Shown: positions 28,944-39,804 of the stretch, one piece after another
Layout of the letters: each line of letters starts with the position of its first letter
How positions within the stretch are numbered: the first letter of the stretch is position 1
Assembly (NCBI GenBank): GCA_963693095.2
Contig: OY843768.1
Coordinates: 1,088,001-1,152,000, forward strand
Length of the DNA: 64,000 bases
Reading direction: 5' to 3'
Origin: Cenarchaeum sp.
Lineage (GTDB): Archaea > Thermoproteota > Nitrososphaeria > Nitrososphaerales > Nitrosopumilaceae
Translations under genes and position numbers: made by a program
The notes under the pieces: generated by a model
What the model was told of the DNA's origin: nothing
The model's database searches: none
Seen by the model: only the letters and a program-made list of their open reading frames with translations

Positions 28944-29801
28944 ATGGGGTCAGGCAGCGCGAGCATGGAGGCAAACCCCCTCCTTGGAACATATGGCACG
29001 CACATTGAGAGGATCAATGCGGCCCTTGACGCCGAGATCCAAATGTACGCCGAGTCCGAGTTTGCAGCACCCCTGCGCTATGCCATACGTGACGGAAAGC
29101 GCATCAGACCCCTCATACTCGTGCTCGCCGCCGAGTGCGTCGGGCGCGTCGACGAGGATGCGTACACGGCCTCGTGCGCCGTAGAGTTCCTGCACACAGA
29201 GTCAGTCATACATGACGACATTATCGACAACGAGTCGCAGCGCAGGTCACTAGACCCGTTTCACATAAAGTACGGATACAACACGGCCATACTCACGGGC
29301 GACTTTGTGCTCGGCATGATACTAAACATGTCATCAAAGATAGGAAACTCGCGAATCACGCGCGACCTGGCAACGACGGCGATGCTCATGAGCGAGGGCG
29401 AGGTCCTCGAGGGCACGCTTGCCACAGTGGCCGACATCACGTTTGATGACTATGTCAAGGTGATAAGCTTCAAGACGGCAACGGCGTTTGAGGCCGCCGC
29501 GCGGATCGGCGCACTCACTGCAGGGGGGGATGAGACGCAGGTCGCGGCCCTCACCGAGTACGGGCGCAGCATCGGGATCGCGTATCAGATACGCGATGAC
29601 CTAGCAGACTGGAACAATGAGGAAAAGATATTCAACGCGCTCATAAAAAAGTGCCCTGACCCACGCGGCGCATTTGACAAGATGGAGACGATGCTAGGCG
29701 AGTACGCGCAAAAGGCGCGCGCCGCACTCGAGTCCCTTCCGGCCGGCGAGGCAAGGGACGGCCTAGCTGGCCTAGTCGACTTTACTGCGCTCAAGGCATG
29801 A
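28944..29801 (+). CDS. Polyprenyl (geranylgeranyl) diphosphate synthase
   Basis: GKRIRP, HDDIID-x-x-x-x-RR, GD, KTA, YQIRDD; start at 28944 or 28965. Confidence 0.92.
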   Translation: MGSGSASMEANPLLGTYGTHIERINAALDAEIQMYAESEFAAPLRYAIRDGKRIRPLILVLAAECVGRVDEDAYTASCAVEFLHTESVIHDDIIDNESQRRSLDPFHIKYGYNTAILTGDFVLGMILNMSSKIGNSRITRDLATTAMLMSEGEVLEGTLATVADITFDDYVKVISFKTATAFEAAARIGALTAGGDETQVAALTEYGRSIGIAYQIRDDLADWNNEEKIFNALIKKCPDPRGAFDKMETMLGEYAQKARAALESLPAGEARDGLAGLVDFTALKA

Positions 29802-31278
29802 GGCCGACGGCCGGTGCGGCGCTCTGCGCGAACTGTATGAGCGGGTCAGGATAGACGCCAAATGCGACCATAAAGCCTATCGAGAATGCCAGGACCGCGA
29901 TCACCGCGCGAGGCTCGCGCACGCGGGGCTCACCAGAGTCCTCAAAGTACATCTTGCGTATTATCCACCCATAGTACGCAAGCGAGAGCGCGCTGTTTAG
30001 CACTCCGGCAATGGCAAGCCAGGGAGCCCACGAGACTGTCGCGCCTGCGTCGATTGCGGCACCAAAGAGGACGAGCTTGCTCCAAAATCCGTTCAGCGGC
30101 GGCACGCCGGCTAGCGCAAGGAGCGATATGGCGATGCCGAGCGCAGTTATTGGCATGCGCCTCCCGAGGCCGCGCAGCCTGTCGATCTGCGTGACTGCAA
30201 GGACAGTCACGGTGCCGGCTATGGCGATAAAGGCCGCACCCTTCATGACTGCGTGGTTTAGCACGTGGAGGAGCGAGCCGGGCAGCGCAGTCGCCGAGTA
30301 TGGCGCCACGGCCAGGCCGATGAGAATGTATCCGGCATGCCCAATGCTAGAGTACGCAAGCATCCTCGAGAGGCTCTTTTGCATGATCGCCGCAATGTTG
30401 CCCACTGTCATTGTCATGACCGCAATTATGCCAAGCGCAATCGTCCAGTCAACGCTCAGGGCCGCCATGCCGATGATAACGACGCGGATTGCGGCTGCAA
30501 ATCCGGCCTTTTTCGTGCCTGCCGCAAGGAGTGCCGTTATCGGCGGGGGCGAGCCCTCGTACGTGTCCGGGAGCCACATGTGGAACGGGACGAGGCCCAT
30601 CTTGAAGCCAAAGCCTGCCACAAAGAGCGCGCCAGACAGCAGCGCAAGCGGCATGAGTGAGGCATCAAGGCCTGCAAGGCCGGTGACGACACCGCCGATG
30701 TCAGTCGTGCCCGTGAGGCCGTACGCAAGCGATATCGCATAGACTATGAGCGCCGAGGCGAGCGCGCCGAACATAAAGTACTTTATCGCCGCCTCATTGG
30801 ATGACGGGTCGCGCTTGTTGAATCCGGCAAGGACATAGGTCGGTATGCTCATGAGCTCCCAGGCGATAAAGAGGACTATGAGGTCATTGGCATAGGCGAC
30901 CATGACCATGCCGACAGCCGACAAGAGTATGAGCGAGTAATAGACGGCCGGATAGCGCTTTTCACGCATGTACGAAAACGAGCTCACCGTCGTGAAGATC
31001 GCGACTATGAGCATCGCGATGGCGAAAAATCCACCGAGCATGTCATCTGCAATAACTTCACCCGTGAAGACCTGCGAGGCCGCAACTGTCCCCATTGCGA
31101 CCTGCGAGGTGACATACGATATTGCCGCAACTAGCGCGCCTAGCGCGATCGCCGCATAGAACGTGTTGGAGCCTCCATCGCGGCGAAGGACATTGATGAC
31201 CGGAAGCGCGACGCCGACTGCGCCAAGAATCGCCGTTATGACAATCGGAGACGATAATAGTTCCACCATGACACCCAC
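29791..31278 (-). CDS. nuoN: NADH-quinone oxidoreductase subunit N
   Basis: EAAIKYF, FKMGLVPFHMWLPDTYEGSP, RMLAYSSIGHAG. Confidence 0.95.
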   Translation of the reverse strand: MGVMVELLSSPIVITAILGAVGVALPVINVLRRDGGSNTFYAAIALGALVAAISYVTSQVAMGTVAASQVFTGEVIADDMLGGFFAIAMLIVAIFTTVSSFSYMREKRYPAVYYSLILLSAVGMVMVAYANDLIVLFIAWELMSIPTYVLAGFNKRDPSSNEAAIKYFMFGALASALIVYAISLAYGLTGTTDIGGVVTGLAGLDASLMPLALLSGALFVAGFGFKMGLVPFHMWLPDTYEGSPPPITALLAAGTKKAGFAAAIRVVIIGMAALSVDWTIALGIIAVMTMTVGNIAAIMQKSLSRMLAYSSIGHAGYILIGLAVAPYSATALPGSLLHVLNHAVMKGAAFIAIAGTVTVLAVTQIDRLRGLGRRMPITALGIAISLLALAGVPPLNGFWSKLVLFGAAIDAGATVSWAPWLAIAGVLNSALSLAYYGWIIRKMYFEDSGEPRVREPRAVIAVLAFSIGFMVAFGVYPDPLIQFAQSAAPAVGLMP

Positions 31279-33342
31279 CTACACCAGGAGCATCAGGGCC
31301 ACAAAGAGCAGCCCTGCCCCAAACACGTAAAGATATGACTGTGTGATTCCCGTCTGCGATCCCTGCACGACGCGCGCGGTCCACAGAACCGCCCTCTCGA
31401 GGCCAACGTTCATGCCGGCATCGATCGCCGTGCGCTCAAAGTACCTAAACACGCCGCGCGCAAGCCACAGCGGCGCGACGACAAATGACCAGTATATGGC
31501 CGCATTGAGGTACCACCTGTTGAGAAACAGCGCATGAAGCCCGCGAAAGACTGCGTTGGAGCCGACAAAGCGTGCGGGGTCTATCCATCGCCCGACATAG
31601 AACGCATACCCCAGGCCAATGCCAGTCGCAAACGCGGCAAGCGAGGCGCCAAGTGCTATCGGATTCAGGCCCGCGAGCGGCCAGGGCAGCGACGAGGCGG
31701 CCTCCTCGCCGTGCGAGACGTGTATGCCAAAGGACTCCTCGAGGTACCCGCCAAACAGCGCGTGGAGGGACTCTTCAAAGGCGAGGCCCATTATGCCCAC
31801 GCCGATCGTTATTGCCGCAAGTATCCCATATGGAACCCACATCGAGAGCGGGGCCTCGTGGACTCCATGGCCGTCTGACTCTAGTTTCTTGACGTGCTCG
31901 CTCTTTGGCCCAAAGAAGACCATGCCGATCATGCGTGTCGTATAGAACGCCGTGATGACTGCAGTCAGGACAGCCATGGCAAATATCGGCAGTGCCCACT
32001 CGCTGCCAGACTCAAAGACTGCCGCAAATATGGCATCCTTGCTCCAGAATCCGGTCGTGATGAACGGCGCGCCCATTAGCGCAAGGCCGGCGGCCCACAC
32101 AAAGACGTATGTCTTGCGCATGTGGCGGCGAAGGCCGCCCATGTCAGTCATGAACCTAGAGCCGACGACGTGAATGAGCGAGCCGGCGGCCATAAAGAGC
32201 GACGCCTTGAACATTGCGTGCGATATGAGGTGGTAGAATCCCGCAGTGTACCCGTCGACGAACTGCTCAGAGAGGCCCGCGACCCCAAAGGCCATCATCA
32301 TGTAGCCTATCTGCGAGCCCGTAGAGTATGCGAGGACCTTCTTTATCTCGGGGTTTACCATGCCCTGTGTCGCAAGGAGGAGTGCGGTGATTGCGCCGAC
32401 CCATGCTATGACCTCAAAGAACTGGTCGGCGAGGATGCCGGCGGCCCCGAGCGCAAAGACTATGGGGCCGAGGCGCGCGACGAGAAAGACTCCGGCCTTT
32501 ACCATCGTGGCGGCATGAATTAGCGCAGACACTGCAGTAGGACCGGTCATTGCCTCAAGAAGCCACTCGTTTAGCGGAAACTGCGCGGACTTGCCGATCG
32601 CGCCCCCAAAGAGGAGCACAAAGGCCGGAACGAGCAGGCCCTGTGCGTCCATCGCCGTGGCCCATGCCGTGTCACCGACTAGCTCGCGAAAGCCAAACGT
32701 GCCGGCAAAGGCGAATATGAGGAACATGCCGGCGAGCATCATGATATCGCCGATCTTTGTCATGACAAAGGCCTTCATGCCGGCGTGCGTCGGCGAGTAA
32801 TAGTCCAGGAGACCCAAGACCGTGCGCCCCTCGGTGCCCACATGGTCCTTTTTCTTGTCACGGTACCAAAAGCCAATTAGCGCGTACGAGGCCAGGCCGA
32901 CGCCCTCCCACCCAAAGAACATCTGCAGGAGGTTATCAGACAGGACGATGAGCTGCATCGAGCCCACAAAGAACATGATCCAGAACCAAAATCGCACAAT
33001 GTTCGGATCGCCCTTCATGTAGCCCGTGGCGTATATGACGATGAGCAGCGATATCCACGCAACGACGTTTGCCATGATCACGGCGAGTGGATCCGCAAGA
33101 ACGCCGGCCTCGAGGCCGATCGCCGATATCCAGCTAGTCTGCGCGTGAACCTCCGCACCAGAGAGGGCGCCGGGTAGCATCGAGGCCGCAAGGAGCGCGC
33201 TTGCGGCAGCACCGGCGATCGCGGCCCAGCCTGGCACGCGCCCGCGCCACCTGCTCAGGGCCGGCATGATGAGGGCCGCGGCGAATGGCACAATCCAGAC
33301 GAGCCATGCGACAAGGCCGGCGCCTTCAAACATCTCGGCCAT
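31279..33342 (-). CDS. nuoL: NADH-quinone oxidoreductase subunit L
   Basis: GWEGVG, GKSAQFPL-x-x-WL-x-x-AM-x-GPT-x-VSALIHAATMV. Confidence 0.96.
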   Translation of the reverse strand: MAEMFEGAGLVAWLVWIVPFAAALIMPALSRWRGRVPGWAAIAGAAASALLAASMLPGALSGAEVHAQTSWISAIGLEAGVLADPLAVIMANVVAWISLLIVIYATGYMKGDPNIVRFWFWIMFFVGSMQLIVLSDNLLQMFFGWEGVGLASYALIGFWYRDKKKDHVGTEGRTVLGLLDYYSPTHAGMKAFVMTKIGDIMMLAGMFLIFAFAGTFGFRELVGDTAWATAMDAQGLLVPAFVLLFGGAIGKSAQFPLNEWLLEAMTGPTAVSALIHAATMVKAGVFLVARLGPIVFALGAAGILADQFFEVIAWVGAITALLLATQGMVNPEIKKVLAYSTGSQIGYMMMAFGVAGLSEQFVDGYTAGFYHLISHAMFKASLFMAAGSLIHVVGSRFMTDMGGLRRHMRKTYVFVWAAGLALMGAPFITTGFWSKDAIFAAVFESGSEWALPIFAMAVLTAVITAFYTTRMIGMVFFGPKSEHVKKLESDGHGVHEAPLSMWVPYGILAAITIGVGIMGLAFEESLHALFGGYLEESFGIHVSHGEEAASSLPWPLAGLNPIALGASLAAFATGIGLGYAFYVGRWIDPARFVGSNAVFRGLHALFLNRWYLNAAIYWSFVVAPLWLARGVFRYFERTAIDAGMNVGLERAVLWTARVVQGSQTGITQSYLYVFGAGLLFVALMLLV

Positions 33343-34938
33343 CTAGTGCGCCTCCGCCGGCACTGTTGCCGGAAGCACATCCATTAGTGCCGTCGCGCTG
33401 CCCGGACCGAGGGACTCGACGCCGGCGATGCCAGACATGTATGGGACGATCTGCTCGAGGAATATATCAGGATATATCCCAAGGACCACCGTAAAGCCGG
33501 CGAGGACCATCATGGGGGCAAGCATGTGCCAGCCGGCCTCCTTTGTCTTTGCGAGCTTTTCGGGCAGCTTGCCAAAGAAGACGCGCTTTAGCATCCAGAG
33601 CATGTATGACATTGTGAGCGCAGTGGCCACGAGACCCAGGCCAAATGTCACATAGCGCAGCGTGCTGCCCTCCTCGACTGCAGTCTCTAGCGCGCCATAA
33701 AAGACGAGCCACTCTCCCATAAAGCCGCTAGTCGGCGGCACGCCGGCGATGGTGAGGGCGCCAATGACGGCGCAGACTGCAGTTATCGGCATGCGGCTTG
33801 CCAGGCCCCCGAGGCCCGATATGCTCCGCGTCCCCACCCTTACGATGATCACTCCGGCCATCATGAAGAGGATGCCCTTGCCGAGCGCGTGCGTGACGTA
33901 CATCATCTCGGCGCCTGAGTGGCCCAGGACCGACTGCGAGCCTATGCCAAAGAGAAGGTATCCCATCTGGCTTATGCTAGAGTATGCGAGGAGGCGCTTT
34001 AGGTCATCCTGCATGAGCGCCATGGCGCCGCCGTATATCATCGTCACAAGGCCCCAAACGTGAAACCAGACTGACAGCTCGGCAAAGGCTGCCGGCAGGA
34101 GCTCCATGATTAGCCTGAATATGCCATACGCGCCGATGCCGATCATGACCGGCGAGAGGAGTGCGCTTATCGGCGTTGGTGCCGCACCGTGGACCCAGGG
34201 CAGCCAAATGTGGAACATGAATGCGGCAAGCTTTACGCCGAGGCCAATGGCGATGGCGATTGCGGCGACGAGTATAATCTCCGGATCAAGTGATGCGGCG
34301 GCGATTCCGGCAAAGTCAAACGTGCCGGCTGACAGGCCGATTGCCAGAAAGCCAAGGAGGAGGACGACTGCGCCGACGTGCGTCCAAAAGAAGAACATTA
34401 GCGCAATCCTGCGGCGCGGCCCGTCGCCCCAGAACGCAATGAGGAAAAAGCCCGGTATGAGCATGACTTCGAAAAAGACGTAAAACTGTATCAGGTTGGT
34501 CGCAAGGACAGTCCCGAGCATGCCCATCGCAAAGACGAGATAGAGCGCGTGGTATGTGCCTGACTTTGCGCTCACATACTCGGTGAGACCCACCTGCGAG
34601 CCCTCGCCGTGGACCTCCCTGTACTGCTCGGCGAACTTGTGCTCCATGTAGGGCCGCGAATAGATCGCAAGTATCGCCGATAGCGCGTATATCATTATGG
34701 CAAACGGCGAGGCGAGGCCGTCTAGGACAAGGCCAAACTCGCCGAACATCTCTGTCCACGCATAGCGCTCCTCGGTTCCGCCGTCAAGCGATCCGAGCAC
34801 GACGAGGATGGCACAGTATGCGAGGACGGCAAACGAGAACCACGTCACTGTGGCCATCCCGTAGCGCCTCCCGATGAGATATGCGGCAGGCGAGAGGAGG
34901 AGCGGGATAAAGACGGCCTGGAGGAGCATGTGGTCCAT
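33343..34938 (-). CDS. nuoM: NADH-quinone oxidoreductase subunit M
   Basis: FYVFFE, FHIWLP-x-x-H-x-x-AP, DLKRLLAYSS. Confidence 0.95.
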   Translation of the reverse strand: MDHMLLQAVFIPLLLSPAAYLIGRRYGMATVTWFSFAVLAYCAILVVLGSLDGGTEERYAWTEMFGEFGLVLDGLASPFAIMIYALSAILAIYSRPYMEHKFAEQYREVHGEGSQVGLTEYVSAKSGTYHALYLVFAMGMLGTVLATNLIQFYVFFEVMLIPGFFLIAFWGDGPRRRIALMFFFWTHVGAVVLLLGFLAIGLSAGTFDFAGIAAASLDPEIILVAAIAIAIGLGVKLAAFMFHIWLPWVHGAAPTPISALLSPVMIGIGAYGIFRLIMELLPAAFAELSVWFHVWGLVTMIYGGAMALMQDDLKRLLAYSSISQMGYLLFGIGSQSVLGHSGAEMMYVTHALGKGILFMMAGVIIVRVGTRSISGLGGLASRMPITAVCAVIGALTIAGVPPTSGFMGEWLVFYGALETAVEEGSTLRYVTFGLGLVATALTMSYMLWMLKRVFFGKLPEKLAKTKEAGWHMLAPMMVLAGFTVVLGIYPDIFLEQIVPYMSGIAGVESLGPGSATALMDVLPATVPAEAH

Positions 34939-34939
34939 T

Positions 34940-35245
34940 CTATCCCCTCAGTGCCCCAAACTTTGCGACGTCGATATCGCGGTACATCCTGTATGCCACT
35001 ATGACTAGCGCGAGGCCTACGGCGACCTCGGCGGCGGCAACTGCTATCGAAAAGAGCGCAAGCGTCTGCCCCGCGCTGTCTGGCACAAAGCGCGCAAACG
35101 CGACGAGGTTGAGGTTGGCCGCATTTACGACAATCTCGACTGCAAATAGCATGCGCAGCGCATTGCGCTTTACGGCCAGGCCGTATATGCCGACGCACAA
35201 GAGTGCGACGGAGACGAGCGCAAAGTCAATCAGCTCGTTGGTCAT
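34940..35245 (-). CDS. nuoK: NADH-quinone oxidoreductase subunit K
   Basis: RN-x-x-x-ML-x-x-x-E, AAAEVAVGLA. Confidence 0.95.
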   Translation of the reverse strand: MTNELIDFALVSVALLCVGIYGLAVKRNALRMLFAVEIVVNAANLNLVAFARFVPDSAGQTLALFSIAVAAAEVAVGLALVIVAYRMYRDIDVAKFGALRG

Positions 35246-35738
35246 CCTCTGTATCCTCCCTCCTTGCGAGCGTCATTGCCCCCGTCACCGCACCGGCCAG
35301 AACCAGGCCCATGAGTATGAGGGCCGGCCAGTACTTTAGCAAAAAGTCGGCCCCGATCTCCCTAAAGTCGACTGCAGGCTCGTCTGTCGTGATCTCCGAG
35401 ATGCCAGATGACACGATAACTGCGCCAAGTGAGGTCATCGCCACGAGCATGAGGCCGATTCCGGCCCAGCGCCTGCGCGTGTCCTCGACCTTTGTGAATA
35501 TGAGCTCGCGCCGCACGAGCATTACCGTGAACAGTATGAGGACCGCTATCGAGCCGACGTAGACTGCTATCTGGAACATTGCCACAAATGGCGAGTCGAG
35601 GAGCAAAAAGAGGCCCGCAATGCCCCCGAGTGTCCCCATTAGCGCGATCGCGCCGTATATGAGCGAGCGCAGCTCGAGGGCCGCGATCGCAGACGCTATC
35701 GTGAGCACGGCGAGCGCAAGGAATGTCGCATCAGCCAT
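35226..35738 (-). CDS. nuoJ: NADH-quinone oxidoreductase subunit J
   Basis: QIAVYVGSIAVLILFTVML; position in the operon. Confidence 0.93.
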   Translation of the reverse strand: MADATFLALAVLTIASAIAALELRSLIYGAIALMGTLGGIAGLFLLLDSPFVAMFQIAVYVGSIAVLILFTVMLVRRELIFTKVEDTRRRWAGIGLMLVAMTSLGAVIVSSGISEITTDEPAVDFREIGADFLLKYWPALILMGLVLAGAVTGAMTLARREDTEDDQRAD

Positions 35739-36228
35739 GTGTCGCACCCCTGTTGCCTATGACTATCGCCGAGTCCTGCGCGACGTTTGGCTTTACGGCG
35801 AGCTGGCCGGGCGTGTAGATTAGGCCCTCCTTTGTGAACGATGAGAGCTCATAGTCGTTTGTCATGTATAGCGCATAGAACGGGCACGCATCCACGCACA
35901 GGCCGCAAAAGACGCACTTGCCATAGTCTATCTGCGGCATTATCGACTTTTTGTTGTGCTTCCAGTCCTCGGCAACCTTTACCATCGATATCGCCTCGGC
36001 AATCCCCTCGCATGCGATCGAGCAGAGCTGGCACCCCGTGCACTTGTCGTGAAAGAGCATATGGCGCCCCTTGTATCCGGCAATGCCGGCCCCGGACGCC
36101 GGGTCAAACTGGTACCCGTCACCGACGAACTTTAGCTTTTCCTCAGGATATCGCAGCGTAAACCTCTTTACGGCGAGGTGCTTTGCGCCAGAGTTTAGCG
36201 CGCGTATGATGCCGGCTGCCGTGCCCAT
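35731..36228 (-). CDS. nuoI: NADH-quinone oxidoreductase subunit I (2x[4Fe-4S])
   Basis: TLRYPEE, CTGCQLCSIAC, CVFCGLCVDACP. Confidence 0.95.
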   Translation of the reverse strand: MGTAAGIIRALNSGAKHLAVKRFTLRYPEEKLKFVGDGYQFDPASGAGIAGYKGRHMLFHDKCTGCQLCSIACEGIAEAISMVKVAEDWKHNKKSIMPQIDYGKCVFCGLCVDACPFYALYMTNDYELSSFTKEGLIYTPGQLAVKPNVAQDSAIVIGNRGATHG

Positions 36229-37526
36229 TAGAATATCCCTCCTGGACCGACCACGCCTGCATAGACTAGGCCGAGGGCGATAAAGATGTTGACAAAGGCC
36301 ATCGCGATTAGCTTGTACCACCCTATTTTCAGGAGCATGTCAATCCTTATTCGCGGAAACACGCCGCGAGGCAGCAGGACAAAGAATATCACGCCCATCG
36401 TCTTTAGGACAAACCATATCACGGCGCTAAAAAACTCTTGTGAGAATAGCGGCAGGCCGGGCAACTGCAGCTTTATCGGGCCTATCGTCTGGCCTGACTG
36501 CAGGAGTGACTCCTCAAGCGGCGGCCAGAACGACGGGCCGCTCCAGCCCCCAAGAAACAGGACCACAAAGAGGCCAGAGAACGCATAGAGCTTTACGTAC
36601 GAGCCTAACTGCACCAGGCCGTACATCATGCCAGAGAACTCGGTGAGCCATCCGGCGACTATCTCGCTTTCTGCCTCGGGGAGGTCAAAGGGGATGCGCT
36701 CGAGCTCGGCGAGCATGCACACAAAAAAGACGATCGCCCCTATTGGCATGAGGACGATCCACGGTATGACGCCCTGGCTCTGGGCTATCTCCGTCAGGTT
36801 TAGCGTGCCAGTCAGGAGGACGACGCCGAGGCACGAGAGTATGAGCGGTATCTCAAAGGAGACCATCTGGTAGAGCGCGCGTATGCCGCCGATGAACGGG
36901 AATTTAGAGTTCGCCGACCATGCCGAGAGGACCGTGATTATGGGAAAGAACCCGATTATCGCAAACACGGCAAGGAGGCCAACGTCGACGTCTGCGACGA
37001 CCCAGCCCGGCGCGACGGGTATGAGCGCGACGAATGCGGCTGCTGTCCCCACAAAGAGGAGCGGGCCCACGATAAAGAGCGGCTTGTCAGCCTTTGCGGG
37101 AATGATTATCTCCTTTGATATCAGCTTTAGGCCATCACCGGCCAGCTGCAAGAGGCCCTCTATCTTGCCGCAGTAAAATGGGCCGACTCGAAGCTGCAGC
37201 TTTGCGAGCATCTTGCGCTCGACAAAGATCGTGCCGGCCGCAACGAGCGCGGCGAACCCAAAGCCCGGAAACGCCAGTATGCGAAACGCGTCTGATGTGA
37301 GAAACGACTTTAGGAGCGGGAGCGCAAGCTCTGGATGCGAGAGCCACGTCAGAACAAGAAACGGCGTGACTAGCGAGCCGTCGATCACCGGCAAGTCCAC
37401 GTAAAATAGCGCAATCATCGCAAGTGGGAGGCCGACTAGCGTGAGTATGATTATGATCCAAAACACGTTCTCAAGTATCGACTTTACAAACTCGCTAAAC
37501 TTGAAGCGCGGGGCGATGACGGACAT
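36228..37526 (-). CDS. nuoH: NADH-quinone oxidoreductase subunit H
   Basis: ERK-x-x-A-x-x-Q-x-R-x-GP, RIPFDLPEAESEIVAG. Confidence 0.96.
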   Translation of the reverse strand: MSVIAPRFKFSEFVKSILENVFWIIIILTLVGLPLAMIALFYVDLPVIDGSLVTPFLVLTWLSHPELALPLLKSFLTSDAFRILAFPGFGFAALVAAGTIFVERKMLAKLQLRVGPFYCGKIEGLLQLAGDGLKLISKEIIIPAKADKPLFIVGPLLFVGTAAAFVALIPVAPGWVVADVDVGLLAVFAIIGFFPIITVLSAWSANSKFPFIGGIRALYQMVSFEIPLILSCLGVVLLTGTLNLTEIAQSQGVIPWIVLMPIGAIVFFVCMLAELERIPFDLPEAESEIVAGWLTEFSGMMYGLVQLGSYVKLYAFSGLFVVLFLGGWSGPSFWPPLEESLLQSGQTIGPIKLQLPGLPLFSQEFFSAVIWFVLKTMGVIFFVLLPRGVFPRIRIDMLLKIGWYKLIAMAFVNIFIALGLVYAGVVGPGGIF

Positions 37527-38689
37527 TAGCGGTCAGCCTCCACTGGCCAGTAGTTTAGGCTCCAGTACACGGCAGGCATGTTGCCGAGCTTTTCGCCCTT
37601 TAGCAGGTACGGCAGCGCGATGAGGTTCCTGAACGAGCCGACGCTCATCTTTACGCGGTACGGCTCGGGCTTGCCATCAGAGATGACATAGCATCCGAGT
37701 GAGCCGCGGCCGGACTCGACCCTCTTGTAGGAGACCATTTCCGGACCCTTTGGGTTTGGCTTTAGCTTTACGCGCACAGAGCCGGACTTTGGCATCTTTG
37801 CGAGCGCATCGCGTATGATGCGGCAGCTCTCCAGCATGTCAAGCCACGGCACGCGCGAGCGCGCGTACGCGTCGCCTGCGCTCATCGTGTTCGTCTCAAA
37901 GTCAAGCGAGTCATAACAGTCGTATGGCTCCTTTTTGCGGATGTCATAGTCGACCCCGCTAGCGCGCAGGACAGAGCCCGTCGTGCCAAGGGCAATGGCA
38001 TCAGAGCGCGAGAGCTTGCCCGCATCGCGTGTCCTAGAGATGAGTATGGGGTTGTCATAGAATATTGCGGCGTACTCGCGTATGCGCTTTTCAAAATAGT
38101 CGACCTGCCGCAGGCAGACGTCCTCAAAGTTTGCCGGCACGTCGTTGCGCACGCCGCCGGGCACAAAGTACGCGTGCGTCACGCGCGCGCCGGTCATCTT
38201 TTCGAGTAGGTCGATGAGGAGCTCGCGATCCCCCGTGGGCCACATGAACATCGTAGAGTGCCCAAGGAATATCCCGTATATCGCAAGCCAGTACAGCGTG
38301 TAGACGCAGCGGTTCAGCTCGGCGGCAATGACGCGCACGTGCTGCGCGCGCTCAGAGACCTCCACACCGAGTATCTCCTCGGTGGCAAGGCAGTACGGGT
38401 AGAGTATGTTGCAAGAGTCGTGTATCACGGGCCTCTCGAGGTGCGGTATGTTTTGCACATAGTTTCGGTACTCGGCCATCTTTTCCTCGCCCCTGTGCAC
38501 ATAGCCGGGATCGGGGTCGCACGCGACGATCTTGTCGCCGTCGATCTGCACGATTATCCTCATGTGGCCCGAGCCGGGGTGCTGCGGGCCGACGTTGAGC
38601 GTCATGATTCGCTCATCGACCTTTTGGAGCGCAAGGCCCGGCGGAAGCTGCGCCATTGCCGGAACCGTGAGCCTCTCCTCCATGGTCAT
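37526..38689 (-). CDS. nuoD: NADH-quinone oxidoreductase subunit D
   Basis: NVGPQHP, GYVHRG-x-EK, LRASG, C-terminal EADR. Confidence 0.96.
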   Translation of the reverse strand: MTMEERLTVPAMAQLPPGLALQKVDERIMTLNVGPQHPGSGHMRIIVQIDGDKIVACDPDPGYVHRGEEKMAEYRNYVQNIPHLERPVIHDSCNILYPYCLATEEILGVEVSERAQHVRVIAAELNRCVYTLYWLAIYGIFLGHSTMFMWPTGDRELLIDLLEKMTGARVTHAYFVPGGVRNDVPANFEDVCLRQVDYFEKRIREYAAIFYDNPILISRTRDAGKLSRSDAIALGTTGSVLRASGVDYDIRKKEPYDCYDSLDFETNTMSAGDAYARSRVPWLDMLESCRIIRDALAKMPKSGSVRVKLKPNPKGPEMVSYKRVESGRGSLGCYVISDGKPEPYRVKMSVGSFRNLIALPYLLKGEKLGNMPAVYWSLNYWPVEADR

Positions 38690-39261
38690 CTCCCCTTTAT
38701 CGCAAAGTCCTTGCGCATCGGTGGCATGTCTGCCCAGTCCTCCGGAAGGAGGAGGCGGCGGTTGTCAGGATGGCCCTCAAAGTATACTCCTAGCATCTCA
38801 AAGGCCTCGCGCTCGTGGAACTCTACGCTATAGAACACGCCTCGCAGGCTCGGAAGGCGCGTAGAGTCCTCGCCGGGCGACGGGACCTCCTCGCGCGGGG
38901 CGCGCGTCGATATCGCCATGACGTATCCGGCAAGGTCAGGGCGCGTGTACGAGCCGAGATGGTACACGACCTCTATCTGCCCGTCAGATGGCCGGTCGAC
39001 TCCTGTGACTGACTCGGCGTGGTCAAACCCTAGCTCGTCGCGCGCAAAGCGCGCCAGCTCTACAATGTCGCTGCCAGACACGTCAAGCTGAATACGGCCC
39101 GGCCTCGCAAATGCGACGCTTGCGCGATCGCCGAACGTTGACTCGATCCTTGAGCGAAGCGTCATGTCAAGCTCTGGCAGCGCGACGTCATCGGACTTTG
39201 CGACATCCTTTGCGCCATCTCCAGTGTCGCCGGACGGGGCCGGCACGTCCTTGTCTGCCAT
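38686..39261 (-). CDS. nuoC: NADH-quinone oxidoreductase subunit C
   Basis: ERE-x-x-EMLG-x-x-FEGHPD-x-RRLLL...P-x-RKDF. Confidence 0.95.
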   Translation of the reverse strand: MADKDVPAPSGDTGDGAKDVAKSDDVALPELDMTLRSRIESTFGDRASVAFARPGRIQLDVSGSDIVELARFARDELGFDHAESVTGVDRPSDGQIEVVYHLGSYTRPDLAGYVMAISTRAPREEVPSPGEDSTRLPSLRGVFYSVEFHEREAFEMLGVYFEGHPDNRRLLLPEDWADMPPMRKDFAIKGR

Positions 39262-39782
39262 CACACGTGCTTCCTGGCCTTCATCCTCTTGATCTTTTCC
39301 TGCAATAGCATGCATCCCTGTATGAGCGTCTCTGGACGCGGAGGGCATCCCGGAACGTACACGTCTACCGGAAGTACGCCGTCGATGCCGGGCAGCACAT
39401 TGTACGAGTCAAAGTAAAGGCCGCCCGTTATGGCGCACGCGCCCATCGCAATGACATACTTTGGCTCGGGCATCTGGTCATAGACGAGGCGCAGGCGCGG
39501 GGCCATCTTTCGCGTTATCGTCCCCTGGACCACGACGAGGTCGCACTGGCGAAGCGAGCCAAATGCCTCAATGATCCCAAATCGCTCAACGTCATATCGC
39601 GGGCCTGACGCTGCGCCAAACTCGACGCTACAGCACGCAGTCTCGATATGGACAGGCCAGAGTGACCATATGCGGCCCCAGTTTATCGCATAGCCGAGTG
39701 GCTTGTCGACTGCCTTTTCAAGCATGTCTCCGAGCTTGCCGACAAAGACGTTTGCCGTATGCGGCGTGAGGAGCTCTTTCAT
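39261..39782 (-). CDS. nuoB: NADH-quinone oxidoreductase subunit B
   Basis: ACC-x-x-E, YDQMPEPKYVIAMGAC, VDVYVPGCPPRPE. Confidence 0.96.
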   Translation of the reverse strand: MKELLTPHTANVFVGKLGDMLEKAVDKPLGYAINWGRIWSLWPVHIETACCSVEFGAASGPRYDVERFGIIEAFGSLRQCDLVVVQGTITRKMAPRLRLVYDQMPEPKYVIAMGACAITGGLYFDSYNVLPGIDGVLPVDVYVPGCPPRPETLIQGCMLLQEKIKRMKARKHV

Positions 39783-39804
39783 CAATGCCACATCGCCTCC
39801 GAGA